Source of the DNA: a virus
Virus record (IMG/VR): IMGVR_UViG_3300044499_000010
Reading direction: 5' to 3' (one strand)
DNA length: 43,313 nucleotides
The position numbers and the translations under genes are program-made. The notes beneath the pieces were generated by a model, which had not been told where the DNA came from, searched no databases, and worked only from the letters and a program-made list of their open reading frames with translations. Numbering within the stretch: the stretch's first letter is position 1; every line of letters starts with the position of its first letter. Shown piece by piece: positions 1 through 9,191 of the stretch.

Positions 1-127
1 AAAAACGGCGGGTGGGTGGGGTTTAATTCGACGCCCTTTGGCAATAATCATTACAAACGCCTCTGTGCCTTTGCCGCCAAGAAAATGGCGGCGGGAGCCG
101 ATTGGTTCTTCGAGAAATTAACGGCGG
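1..127. repeat. Terminal direct repeat, identical to 43187..43313 (circular-assembly overlap or terminal redundancy)
   Basis: Read directly: aaaaacggcgggtgggtggggtttaattcg...gagaaattaacggcgg occurs at both window ends. Length is 127 bp. Confidence 0.95.
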
Positions 128-978
128 ACGAATGCCGCGTCTATTCCCCGATGCAATTGCAGGACATTTTAGAGCAGCTGCAGGATACGCATGGGGAGGA
201 CTATGGCAAATCGCTCTGGTTGCAGGAATATTACTGCTCATTTGACGCCGCCATTCCCGGCTCGATCTGGGGCGATTGCGTGACGAAGGCGGAAGTGGCG
301 GGACGCATTCTGGACTTTGAGCCCGATCATACCAGTCCGGTCCATACCGCGTGGGACTTAGGCCGCACCGACGACACCTCCATTTGGTTCTATCAGTTCA
401 AGGGGCCCTGGCTCGATATTTTCGATCATCACAGTTCCTCACTCAAAGACATCCCCTTCTATATGGACCTCCTGGAGTCCAAGCGCGTGGAGCATGGCAT
501 CGCCTATGCCCGTCATCACCTCCCGCATGATGCCCGGCCCCGCACCTTGGCCGCCGGCGGCCAATCCATTTGGCAGCAATGTCACAATGCCGCGAAGCAC
601 AACCCCGCGCTCGGCAGCTTTCAGATTGGGAAGCGCCTCGACAAGCAGGAGCACATTCAGGCCGGTCGCGCGACGTTTCCGCATGCGCGATTTCACAAGA
701 CGCGCTGCGCTAAAGGGCTGGAGAGTCTGCGCTGTTATCACCGCGAGCGTGACGAGGAGAAGGAAGTGTTTAAGGATACGCCGGAGCACGACTGGTCCTC
801 GCACGACGCGGACGCCTTCATGGAGTTGGCGACAAGCTGGAAGCGCACCGACGCGGCGAAGCCGGAGAGTCCCTTAGTGGATAAATTGTTGGCCCAGAAT
901 CCCAACGTCATGGCCTTCAGCGCCTTGAAGGCGCAACACTTTGCGAAGATGCGTCGGCAGCGTGAGGCGGTGGCCTGA
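1..978 (+). CDS. terL: Terminase large subunit, C-terminal nuclease part (continuation of 42734..43313)
   Basis: In frame from base 1 (KNGGWVGFNSTPFG...). RNaseH-like terminase nuclease motifs are present: HTAWDLGRTDDTSIWFYQ and DWSSHDADAF. Stop TGA at 976..978. Confidence 0.85.
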   Translation, partial: KNGGWVGFNSTPFGNNHYKRLCAFAAKKMAAGADWFFEKLTADECRVYSPMQLQDILEQLQDTHGEDYGKSLWLQEYYCSFDAAIPGSIWGDCVTKAEVAGRILDFEPDHTSPVHTAWDLGRTDDTSIWFYQFKGPWLDIFDHHSSSLKDIPFYMDLLESKRVEHGIAYARHHLPHDARPRTLAAGGQSIWQQCHNAAKHNPALGSFQIGKRLDKQEHIQAGRATFPHARFHKTRCAKGLESLRCYHRERDEEKEVFKDTPEHDWSSHDADAFMELATSWKRTDAAKPESPLVDKLLAQNPNVMAFSALKAQHFAKMRRQREAVA

Positions 979-3263
979 TGGCGGACGAGACCGACACCCC
1001 GAAGGACGACACCGAAGCCGTGGGCCGCTGGCTCAAGGAGATCACGGCCTGCCGGACGCGGGAGAAGGACTTCCGCACGGATGGGCAGCGGATTCTAGAG
1101 ATTTACGATGGCACCAAGGCCAAGGACGTGCCCTTCAACATTCTCTATAGCAACACCGAAACGCTGCTCCCAGCCTTGTATTCGGCGATTCCGCGCCCCG
1201 TGGTCCAACGGCGCTTCAAGGACGAGGACCCACTCGGCAAATCGGCAGCCCAAGCGGGCACCCGCTGCTTGGAGTTTCTGTTGGATACCAACACCGACGC
1301 CTACGAAACCTTTGACGAAAGCATGCAGCTCGCCACGCTGAACGCGCTCTTACCGGGCCGCGCCTTCACGGGGGTGAAATACGATGGGGAAGAGACCGAC
1401 CAGTACAAAAACGAAACCGTCTGTCTCGACACGAAGAACTGGAACCGCGTCTACCACGGCTACGCGCACAAATGGAACGACGTGCCCTGGGTGGCCTATG
1501 AAGATTACATCGACCGACCTGAAGGCCTACGGCTTTTTGGCGAGGATATTGTCAAACTCCTCACCTTCAGCGATCAGGAAGAACTCGACGCCTCCGACGA
1601 CACCAAAGGCAAAAAGGAAGAACCGCACCAAGGCGAGCGCAAGTTAACCCGCATCTATCAGATCTGGGATAAAGCCGGTGGGCGCATGGTGCGCTACGTG
1701 AGCGAGCAGGTCAAGGATCGGTTCTTGAAAGAAGAGGACGATCCGCTGGAATTGACGGGCTTCTTCAACTGCCCGCGTCCGCTGTCGTTCTTGAAAAAGC
1801 CGCATAGCCTGACCCCCACCGCGCCGTATATTCTCTATGAATCGCAAGCCAAGGAATTGAACGAACTCACGCGGCGCATTAAGGCCGTGACGAAATCCAT
1901 TAAGGCGAAAGGTCTCTACGACGGGGAACTGGGGCCGGATCTGCAAAAGTTGGTCGATGCGGGCGAAGGGGAATTGGTGGCCGCCGATAAATCGAGTTCG
2001 CTGGCCGCCGAGAAGGGTCTGCAAAACGCCATCTGGTTCTTTCCGGTGGACAAACTCATCGTGGTGGTGCGCGAACTCTACGCCGCGCGCGAAGCCTGTA
2101 AGCAGGTGATTTACGAAATTACCGGCATCAGCGACATCATCCGGGGTGCCTCGAAAGCCTCTGAGACGTTGGGCGCGCAGGAAATCAAGCAGCAGTGGGG
2201 GACGTTGCGGCTGAAGCGCTCCCAGAAGGAAGTGGCGCGGTACGCCCGCGATCTGCTCCGGCTCATGCTGGAGATTGCCGCGACGAAGTTTTCTGAGGAG
2301 ACGTGGGCGCGGATGACCGGCTTGCCGTTTTTGCTCTCCGAGAAGTTCAACGAATTGACCAAATTAGCGGAACTGCTCTCGCAGGACGTGCAGAGATTGC
2401 AAGCCTCAATCCCTCCCCCACAGCCCGGTGGTCCACCGCCGCCCGAGCCGCCGCAGGTCCAGGAATTGGCGAAGATCAAACAACAGCTGCAATCGCCGCA
2501 ATGGAAAAACGTCCTCGCCATGTTGCGCGACGATCTGCAACGCGCCTACCGGATCGACATCGAAACGAACAGCACGGTCGAACCCGAGGCGGTGGAGGAT
2601 CAAAAGAACATTCAAGAGGTCATGGCCGCGATGGGGCAGGTGTTGAACGGGATCGGCCCGCTCGTGGCCAAAGGGGTGCTGCCATTTGAAGCGGCGCAAG
2701 TCATGTTGTTGACGATTGTGCGCCGCTATCGCTATGGGTCCGAATTGGAGGACACGATCAAAGCGATGAAGCCGCCGCCCAAAGAGGATGATGGGAAAGC
2801 CGCCGAGATGGCGCAGATGCAGCAGCAGATGGCGGCGCAACAGCTCCAGGCGCAGCAGCAGACGGCGCAGCAGGACTTGCAAGTGAAGACGATGACGGCG
2901 GAGAAAGGGATTCTTGAACAAAAGATCGATCTGCAACTCCGCGAGATTCAGTTGAAAGCGGAGCAGGATAAATTGGCGCTGGAGCGCCAAGCGTTCGAGA
3001 AGCAGAGCGCCATGCAGCAGCAGCTCCAGGCCGCGAAGATCGGCCCCGAAGCGCAACAGATGGAAATGAGTAAGATGCAAGCGGAGCGGGCCATGGAGAA
3101 GATGAAGTGTGCGATGCAGCAGGAGACGGAACTCAAAAAGTGCATGATGCAGCAAGAAACGGAGATGAAAAAAGCGACGATGGACCACGAGGCAAAGATT
3201 GCCGTCGCGCACATCGCCGCCAAGGCGCAAAAAGACAAACCGCAGCCGGTGGGGGCCGCATGA
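978..3263 (+). CDS. Portal protein with a long C-terminal Gln-rich coiled-coil extension
   Basis: 761-aa ORF whose ATG overlaps the terL stop (TGATG). The call rests on position directly after terL and on size. It has a poly-Pro linker (IPPPQPGGPPPPEPPQ) followed by a heptad-like Q/A/E/K-rich tail of roughly 170 aa. Confidence 0.7.
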   Translation: MADETDTPKDDTEAVGRWLKEITACRTREKDFRTDGQRILEIYDGTKAKDVPFNILYSNTETLLPALYSAIPRPVVQRRFKDEDPLGKSAAQAGTRCLEFLLDTNTDAYETFDESMQLATLNALLPGRAFTGVKYDGEETDQYKNETVCLDTKNWNRVYHGYAHKWNDVPWVAYEDYIDRPEGLRLFGEDIVKLLTFSDQEELDASDDTKGKKEEPHQGERKLTRIYQIWDKAGGRMVRYVSEQVKDRFLKEEDDPLELTGFFNCPRPLSFLKKPHSLTPTAPYILYESQAKELNELTRRIKAVTKSIKAKGLYDGELGPDLQKLVDAGEGELVAADKSSSLAAEKGLQNAIWFFPVDKLIVVVRELYAAREACKQVIYEITGISDIIRGASKASETLGAQEIKQQWGTLRLKRSQKEVARYARDLLRLMLEIAATKFSEETWARMTGLPFLLSEKFNELTKLAELLSQDVQRLQASIPPPQPGGPPPPEPPQVQELAKIKQQLQSPQWKNVLAMLRDDLQRAYRIDIETNSTVEPEAVEDQKNIQEVMAAMGQVLNGIGPLVAKGVLPFEAAQVMLLTIVRRYRYGSELEDTIKAMKPPPKEDDGKAAEMAQMQQQMAAQQLQAQQQTAQQDLQVKTMTAEKGILEQKIDLQLREIQLKAEQDKLALERQAFEKQSAMQQQLQAAKIGPEAQQMEMSKMQAERAMEKMKCAMQQETELKKCMMQQETEMKKATMDHEAKIAVAHIAAKAQKDKPQPVGAA
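3108..3173 (+). repeat. Imperfect 33-nt tandem duplication inside the portal C-terminal tail
   Basis: tgtgcgatgcagcaggagacggaactcaaaaag / tgcatgatgcagcaagaaacggagatgaaaaaa encode CAMQQETELKK / CMMQQETEMKK. Confidence 0.85.
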
Positions 3264-3937
3264 CGCCGCTTCGGGTGTTCATTGGATTCGATAGACGCCA
3301 ACCTATCGCCTTTCAAGTGGCGGCGCAGTCGGTCTGGCAGCGCACGAGCGTCCCGGTGAGCATCACACGGCTGGATATTGCACAGTTGCCGATTACGCGA
3401 GTTGGACTAACTGCATTCACCTATTCCAGATTCCTCGCGCCCTGGCTCTGCGACTTTCACGGCGTCTCGATCTTCATGGATAGCGATGTGCTGGTCCGCG
3501 GCGATGTCGCGGAACTGCTCGCCTATCCGCTCATGGAACCGAAAACGCCGGTGTTTGCCGTGAAGGGCCAGAAGAAATTTGAGTGGGCGAGCGTGATGGT
3601 GTTCAATAACCCCCTCTGTCAAATGCTCACACCGTTGGTCGTGGAGAAACCGCACTTGAATCCCTTGACATTTTACTGGGCGCATACCGTGGGCGAGTTG
3701 CCGACAGCATGGAATCATTTGGTGGGGTATGACGCGTCGAACCCTGACGCCAAGCTCGTGCATTTTACGGCTGGCATCCCGATCTGGCCAGAGACCAACG
3801 GGTGTGAACATAGTGCAGAATGGCATAGCACGGCGAAGGCCTCGATGGGGTCCGTCTCCTACGAGGCGTTGATGGGGCGCAGCGTCCACAACGTGGCGAT
3901 CAAAACGGGGGCCATGAAGTTGCAGGCAGGGGTCTGA
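3260..3937 (+). CDS. Glycosyltransferase family 8-like (GT-A fold, DxD)
   Basis: ATG 3260 overlaps the portal stop (ATGA). MTPLRVFIGFD..., TAFTYSRFLAPWL, DxD motif in IFMDSDVLVRGDVAEL, and a C-terminal HFTAGIPIWP resembling the GT8 HxxGxxKPW motif. Confidence 0.65.
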   Translation: MTPLRVFIGFDRRQPIAFQVAAQSVWQRTSVPVSITRLDIAQLPITRVGLTAFTYSRFLAPWLCDFHGVSIFMDSDVLVRGDVAELLAYPLMEPKTPVFAVKGQKKFEWASVMVFNNPLCQMLTPLVVEKPHLNPLTFYWAHTVGELPTAWNHLVGYDASNPDAKLVHFTAGIPIWPETNGCEHSAEWHSTAKASMGSVSYEALMGRSVHNVAIKTGAMKLQAGV

Positions 3938-4374
3938 TGCCGCTGTATACGTACAGGTGTGAGAATGACCATCGAGCGGAGACGTATCATCCGGTCAAGC
4001 TGCTTGGGGCCTATCTGATGCTCTGTGATGAATGCGGAAAAACAATGAGCGAAACAGTTATTCAGGCGCCTCTTCTTGTAAAAGTAGCGCAAGATGTGTG
4101 CTATGACTCTCCTGTGACGGGCGCGCCGATCACTTCCTGGGCGGCCCGTGAAGAGGATTTGAAGCGGAACAATTGCCGGCCATACGATCCCGACGCGAAA
4201 ACTGACCACGCGAATCGAATCAAGGACTCCGAAGCGGCTTTAGATCGCACCGTCGATGCCTCCGTGGAAGAGGCGATTGAGAAAATGCCAACCGCGAAAC
4301 GCGGCAAGCTGTTCAGTGAATTGGTGAACCAGGGAGTCCAGGCCGACGTGATTCGGAGCACGCCGCATGCGTGA
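3937..4374 (+). CDS. Zinc-ribbon protein (FmdB-like N-terminus), function unknown
   Basis: TGATG overlap with the GT8 gene. The N-terminus MPLYTYRCENDH...MLCDECGKTM resembles the FmdB-type Cys ribbon. Confidence 0.5.
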   Translation: MPLYTYRCENDHRAETYHPVKLLGAYLMLCDECGKTMSETVIQAPLLVKVAQDVCYDSPVTGAPITSWAAREEDLKRNNCRPYDPDAKTDHANRIKDSEAALDRTVDASVEEAIEKMPTAKRGKLFSELVNQGVQADVIRSTPHA

Positions 4375-4459
4375 TCCGGCACTCCGTCAGGTCATCATTG
4401 ATGTACTGAGGATGCTCAAGGGTTTAGAGAAGAAACTGAAAGAACTACTCGATAAATAA
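4367..4459 (+). CDS. Possible 30-aa ORF (MRDPALRQVIIDVLRMLKGLEKKLKELLDK)
   Basis: ATG overlaps the end of the previous gene (ATGCGTGA). The peptide is amphipathic and helix-like, and the ORF is followed by a terminator-like hairpin. It is too short to support strongly. Confidence 0.25.
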   Translation: MRDPALRQVIIDVLRMLKGLEKKLKELLDK

Positions 4460-4493
4460 TCCGCGTACCCGCGCAGAACACGCCGCGTCACAC

Positions 4494-4530
4494 GCCTCAT
4501 GGTCCCAAGGGACTGTGGGGCGTTTTTTAT
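4494..4530 (+). terminator. Rho-independent terminator-like hairpin plus T-run
   Basis: gcctcatggtcc-caag-ggactgtggggc forms a 12-bp stem including 3 G-U pairs, followed by gttttttatt. It lies between the Zn-ribbon gene and the scaffold gene. Confidence 0.5.
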
Positions 4531-4542
4531 TCTGGAGGCTCT

Positions 4543-5556
4543 ATGGCCGAGGAACCGACCGCCACCGTTGAGGTAGACGAGTCTCAATCCATCGACATCG
4601 CTGCTGGGGTGGACAAGATCAGCGCCGACCTCTTTCCTGAGTCGATAGAGAAGGAGCCGACGCCACAAGAGACCGTGGCGACGGCATTGACTGAGCCAGC
4701 CATCCCGACCAAGACGGTGGCACCCCTGCCCACGATCCGTCAGGCCCCGAAGAGTTGGGCCAAGGACGTGCATCCCCTCTGGGAGAAGATCGATCCGAAG
4801 GCGCAGGACTACATTGAAAAGCGCGAGAAGGATTTTCTCGACGGATCGGAGGGATACAGAGAGGCGGCCAAGTACGGGAAGACATTGCAAGACGCCATCG
4901 CCCCGTTTCAGCAGACGTTGCAAGCGCAAGGGATCGATGCGCCTACGGCAGTCAAGACGCTCCTCGAAGCGCACTACAAGCTGACGCAAGGGACGATGGA
5001 ATCGCGTCAGGCCGCCTATAAGGATCTGGGGACACGGTTAGGTCTCCCCGCCGCGCTGGTCACGAACGGCAGCGAGCCGGTCACGCCGCTTGATCCGCGT
5101 CTTCAGACCATCGAGCAACAACTCCAAGAACTCCGGGACGCGCAAACGCGCCAGCAGCAGACGGCCTTACAGACGGCACGAGAGAAAGCCAGTCAGGAAG
5201 TCAGTGCGTTCGTGAGTGAGACGAACAAGGATGGCACACCCACCCACGTTTTTTTTGATGAGTGTCACGACGCCATCGTGACGTTCCTCAAGGCCGGGGA
5301 CTCCTTGCAGGAGGCCTACGACAAGGCGGTGTGGGCGAATCCTGTGACACGCGAGAAATCGAAGCTCGCTTACTTTCAGACAGAAAGTGAGAAGGCCAAG
5401 GAACGGGCGCGACTCGATGCCCTGCCCAAGCAGAAGGCGCGAGGCGTGAACGTCAGAAGTCAGGACACCCAGCGGCCTCCGACAGATCCGCTCGGGTCAA
5501 TGGAAGACACCTTACGGGCCACCGCGAAATCCATACGCGAGCGGACCGTCCATTAA
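4543..5556 (+). CDS. Scaffolding protein (putative)
   Basis: 337 aa with RBS GGAGG upstream. It has an acidic N-terminus and is helical, Q/E/K/A-rich and coiled-coil-like. It sits immediately upstream of the major capsid gene. The call is by synteny and composition. Confidence 0.55.
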   Translation: MAEEPTATVEVDESQSIDIAAGVDKISADLFPESIEKEPTPQETVATALTEPAIPTKTVAPLPTIRQAPKSWAKDVHPLWEKIDPKAQDYIEKREKDFLDGSEGYREAAKYGKTLQDAIAPFQQTLQAQGIDAPTAVKTLLEAHYKLTQGTMESRQAAYKDLGTRLGLPAALVTNGSEPVTPLDPRLQTIEQQLQELRDAQTRQQQTALQTAREKASQEVSAFVSETNKDGTPTHVFFDECHDAIVTFLKAGDSLQEAYDKAVWANPVTREKSKLAYFQTESEKAKERARLDALPKQKARGVNVRSQDTQRPPTDPLGSMEDTLRATAKSIRERTVH

Positions 5557-5576
5557 CCGAGAAGGAGTAACGCACC

Positions 5577-6536
5577 ATGCCAGCGAATGCCACCTTTACG
5601 GAACTGGTCACGACCACGTTCCGCAAACATCGCAGTCAAGTGAAAGACAACCTGAGTCTCAGGATCGCGCTGCTCAAGTACCTGAAGCGGCGCGGGAACT
5701 ATCGCCTGGAAGATGGCGGGCTTGAAATTGCTTGCCCGCTCGACTACGCGTCCAATGGGACCTATCAGCGGTATTCCGATTGGGACCTTCTCAATATCAG
5801 TCAATCGGACGTGCTCTCCGCCGCTGCCTATCAGTGGCGGCAGATCGCCATCAACGTGGTGGCGAGCGGGCGGGAGTTGCGCATCAACAGCGGGGAGACG
5901 CAGATCATCAACCTCGCCAAGTCGCGCATTAAGAACGCCATTCGGACGTTCAACAATAACTTCAGCTCGGATGTGTATTCCTCGGGCTCGCTCACCAATC
6001 AGGTGAACGGGCTGCAAGCGATCATTGCCGACACCAACACCAATACGGTGGGCGGGATCGATGCGAACGTCTGGACGTTCTGGCGCAATACGGTGCTCGA
6101 TGCGTCGGACGCCGTGACGACCATTTCGGCGACGAATATCGAGCATGGCTGCATGTTGCCGCTGTGGCTCGATTTGGACCGTGGCCCGGACGATCAGCCG
6201 GATTTGATCGTCATGGACGACGTGTACTACGCACTCTTTGAAGCCTCGCAGACCTCAATGAAGCGGTACAACGACGCGACGAAGAGCGATGCGGGATTCG
6301 TGACGATGAAGTACAAGGGGGCGGACGTGATCTTCGACGGCGCCTCGGGCATTCCGGCGAGCCACGCCTACTTCATCAATACCAATTACCTGGAACTCGT
6401 CGCGCATAAAGATGCGGACATGGAGGAAATGGACGCCTTGCATCCCGTGAATCAGGACGGCTCAGTCATCCCGATCCTCTGGATGGGCAATGTAGTCTGT
6501 TCTAATAGAGCCCTCCAGGGTGTCATTAAGACCTAA
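5577..6536 (+). CDS. Major capsid protein (putative HK97-fold)
   Basis: 319 aa with a strong RBS (GAAGGAG). It follows the scaffold-like gene, and its size and position are typical of a podovirus major capsid protein. Confidence 0.65.
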   Translation: MPANATFTELVTTTFRKHRSQVKDNLSLRIALLKYLKRRGNYRLEDGGLEIACPLDYASNGTYQRYSDWDLLNISQSDVLSAAAYQWRQIAINVVASGRELRINSGETQIINLAKSRIKNAIRTFNNNFSSDVYSSGSLTNQVNGLQAIIADTNTNTVGGIDANVWTFWRNTVLDASDAVTTISATNIEHGCMLPLWLDLDRGPDDQPDLIVMDDVYYALFEASQTSMKRYNDATKSDAGFVTMKYKGADVIFDGASGIPASHAYFINTNYLELVAHKDADMEEMDALHPVNQDGSVIPILWMGNVVCSNRALQGVIKT

Positions 6537-6587
6537 TACGTAGTGGCGGGCTTCCCCGTTCACTGCTTGGATAAAGGAGACTAGACC

Positions 6588-7085
6588 ATGGCCGTTGCGA
6601 GCAAAATCATCAGTCCGATTGTCACGCCAGCCTTGAACGCTACGTCCTCGACGCCGGGAATCACGTTGGGGACCATTGCGCACACGGATATGGGGGGCGT
6701 GGCCGAATACGGGTACGCCATCTCGCTGATTTCGCAGTATGCGTTCAGCATCTTGTACGACGGCGGGTCCGCCGAGATGGCGACCACGACCCTGGCCGCC
6801 GACGCGGGCAGTTCCAAGAAAATCGGTTGTCCCCAGGCCAGCATTGCGTCAGCCTATTACGGCTGGTTCATGCGCCAAGGGACGTTCATCGGGCGCTTTT
6901 CCGATGACTGTGCCGATCAGGTGCCGTTGTTTACGACCGCGACGGCGGGCGAACTCGACGACGCCACGGTGTCGAATTGTCTTGTGGCGGGGGTGTATCT
7001 GAACACGACCGCCTCGCTGGCGACCGCGTTGACCTGTTACGCGGCCACGCCGATGTACGTGCATCCGTACACGAACCCGGCGTAA
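6588..7085 (+). CDS. Hypothetical head-associated protein (possible capsid decoration/auxiliary protein)
   Basis: 165 aa, RBS AAAGGAGA, directly after the major capsid gene. It is Ser/Thr/Ala-rich and contains N-x-S/T sites (NATS, NTTA). Confidence 0.35.
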   Translation: MAVASKIISPIVTPALNATSSTPGITLGTIAHTDMGGVAEYGYAISLISQYAFSILYDGGSAEMATTTLAADAGSSKKIGCPQASIASAYYGWFMRQGTFIGRFSDDCADQVPLFTTATAGELDDATVSNCLVAGVYLNTTASLATALTCYAATPMYVHPYTNPA

Positions 7086-7087
7086 GC

Positions 7088-7876
7088 ATGGAGACCGCGA
7101 TCCGACAGCGCCTCCATCTCGATGTGGGTCAGTTTGGCGTGGCCGCGCAACATCGGCCCGCCATTCTGGCCGCGATGGCGCGCGGACTCCCGGAGTTTGC
7201 GCCGGCGCTGGTGGCCCACGACGGGACCATGGTGATTGCTGGGAGCGGCCCTTCGCTCCCGGCCTTCATCGACGAGATCCGCGCGGAACAGCAGCAGGGC
7301 CGCCCCATTTGCGCGGTCAACGGCGCACACGATTTCTTGTGTGAACAGGGGATTGTGCCGGAGTTGTTCCTGACCGTGGACCCACGCGACCTGCGGCATA
7401 ACCTCCGGCACAAGAACGAGGACACAATCTATCTTCTGGCGTCGCGTGTCGCGCCGGAAGTCTTTGACCATTTGAAGGACTGCCGGGTGATGCTCTGGCA
7501 TTCGGCGGGGCATCCCAGTGAAATGCCGGTGTTTGAAGGGACGGGCGTGAAGAAGATCGGCGGTGGGTCTACGTCCGGGCTCCGGGCGATTGCCGTGACC
7601 TATCTCATGGGATTTCGGAAGATGCTGTTATTCGGGTTTGATTCGTGTAATGACGCCGAGGGGCGCAAACGCTTTGACAGTGGCACCGTGACGGTCAATA
7701 CCGATGTGATCGTGGGCGGGCGCACCTTCGTTTGTAGCATGGCCATGGCGGCCCAAGCCAACGAATTTCAGATGTCCACCTACGGCATGCTGCCAGGGTT
7801 GCACCTGGAGGTGAAAGGCGATGGCTTGATTGCCGCGATGTTGGAAGAGAGGCGGAAGGCGGGATATCGGGTATGA
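7088..7876 (+). CDS. DUF115 / MptE-like (Maf-type) putative glycosyltransferase
   Basis: 262 aa from ATG 7088. Motifs: IAGSGPSL, ICAVNGA, and GGGSTSGLRAIAVTYLMGFRKMLLFGFD. This pattern matches the motility-accessory-factor/DUF115 family. Confidence 0.6.
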   Translation: METAIRQRLHLDVGQFGVAAQHRPAILAAMARGLPEFAPALVAHDGTMVIAGSGPSLPAFIDEIRAEQQQGRPICAVNGAHDFLCEQGIVPELFLTVDPRDLRHNLRHKNEDTIYLLASRVAPEVFDHLKDCRVMLWHSAGHPSEMPVFEGTGVKKIGGGSTSGLRAIAVTYLMGFRKMLLFGFDSCNDAEGRKRFDSGTVTVNTDVIVGGRTFVCSMAMAAQANEFQMSTYGMLPGLHLEVKGDGLIAAMLEERRKAGYRV

Positions 7877-8718
7877 AGGCCGTGTTCGTACATAGAATGG
7901 GCCCCACGTTTGCGAGTTTCCGCTACCGCGCCCAGATTCCCGCGAAGGCGATTGGGGCCTCCGTGAACGGCGGTGAAGGCTCCGTCTACATCTTCAGTAA
8001 GCCGACGCCGGATGACATCGTGTTGGCGAAAGAGTGTAAGGCTGAAGGCGTCAAGGTGGTGGCGGATCTGGGCGATGATCATTTTCGGCATCCCACCTGG
8101 GGGCCGATCTATGTCGAGATGGCCACACTCTGCGATGCGCTGGTGGTACCGACCGAGAATATGGCGGGCCGCATTATGAAGTATCTCGGCAGGAAGGCAG
8201 ATACGATCATTCCCGACCCCTACGAGGAAGCGTTGACGGCCCCTCATGCGAACGGGAAGGACGCCCGCTATTGCTGGTTCGGGAGTCCGGCGAATCTGAA
8301 AGACTTGGATGTCTATTGGCACTTTCTGCAGAACATGCCGTTGACGGTCGTGACGGGACAGAACCCGCGCAAGAACTTCAACTATATCAGGTGGTCTCCC
8401 ACGGCGCAGACCGAGCAATTGCACGCGGCGAATATCGTGGTGCTCCCGATCAGAAAAGGCGTCGAGTACAAGAGCCCCAATCGGTTGGTCAACGCGCTGC
8501 GTGCGGGCTGCTTCGTCGTCACCGATCGGCATCCCGCGAGCCTGGCCTTTCGGCGCTACGTCTGGGTGGGGAATGTGATGACCGGCGTGAAGTGGGCGCA
8601 ATACTACCACGACGAATTGAACGACATGGTAGCCGAGGGGCAAGCGTACTGCGAACAGTTTTCACCGGAAAACGTAGGGAAGCAATGGACACAACTTCTC
8701 AGCAGCCTGTCCGCATAA
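7873..8718 (+). CDS. Glycosyltransferase, GT-B (group 1-like)
   Basis: ATGA overlap with the previous gene. The C-terminal motif VLPIRKGVEYKSPNRLVNALRAGCFVV resembles the GT1/GT4 nucleotide-sugar binding region. Confidence 0.55.
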   Translation: MKAVFVHRMGPTFASFRYRAQIPAKAIGASVNGGEGSVYIFSKPTPDDIVLAKECKAEGVKVVADLGDDHFRHPTWGPIYVEMATLCDALVVPTENMAGRIMKYLGRKADTIIPDPYEEALTAPHANGKDARYCWFGSPANLKDLDVYWHFLQNMPLTVVTGQNPRKNFNYIRWSPTAQTEQLHAANIVVLPIRKGVEYKSPNRLVNALRAGCFVVTDRHPASLAFRRYVWVGNVMTGVKWAQYYHDELNDMVAEGQAYCEQFSPENVGKQWTQLLSSLSA

Positions 8719-9191
8719 ACGTCGGCAGCGGCCTGGCCCACTTCCCTGGCAAGTCGTGGATTAACTGCGACCGCCACGGTGACCCTGATGTCCAATGTGA
8801 CGCCTACCCCTTGCCCTTCGACACGGACTATGCGGATGAAGTGTGGGCCATTCATTTGCTGGAGCATATCCATCGCTCGGAAGCCGGGCGCGCCCTGTAT
8901 GAATGGTTTCGCGTACTGAAGCCAGGCGGCAAGCTGGTCCTTGAAGTGCCATGCCTCGATAAGATTGCGCAGCTCATTGTGAACGGCGAGAAGAACATTC
9001 GCTTGACGACGATGGGGCTCTTCGGCGATCCGCGTGACCCGAAACCTGACATGCTGCACAAATGGTGCTGGTCGAAAACGGAGTTGACCGATACCTTGGT
9101 CGGCGTGAACTTTCAGGACATTACCGTGATGGAGCCTATCTTCCATCTGGCTGCACGGGACATGAGGCTGGAGGCCCGCAAACCATGTTAG
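8685..9191 (+). CDS. Class I SAM-dependent methyltransferase (Methyltransf_11-like)
   Basis: MDTTSQQPVRINVGSG..., AIHLLEHIHRSEAGRALYEWFRVLKPGGKLVLEVP. The start was chosen at the first ATG downstream of most of the overlap with the GT-B gene. Confidence 0.75.
   Translation: MDTTSQQPVRINVGSGLAHFPGKSWINCDRHGDPDVQCDAYPLPFDTDYADEVWAIHLLEHIHRSEAGRALYEWFRVLKPGGKLVLEVPCLDKIAQLIVNGEKNIRLTTMGLFGDPRDPKPDMLHKWCWSKTELTDTLVGVNFQDITVMEPIFHLAARDMRLEARKPC

Noticed and set aside
2406-3230. Long antisense ORFs opposite structural genes (2406..3230, 7780..8643, 10798..11571, 12467..13405, 14006..14740, 20147..20788, 24509..25150, all minus strand)
   Set aside because: Each lies entirely inside a better-supported plus-strand gene that has an RBS, coupling and recognisable motifs. 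Their translations are R/H/L/G-rich with no motifs. They are shadow ORFs of a high-GC coding strand.
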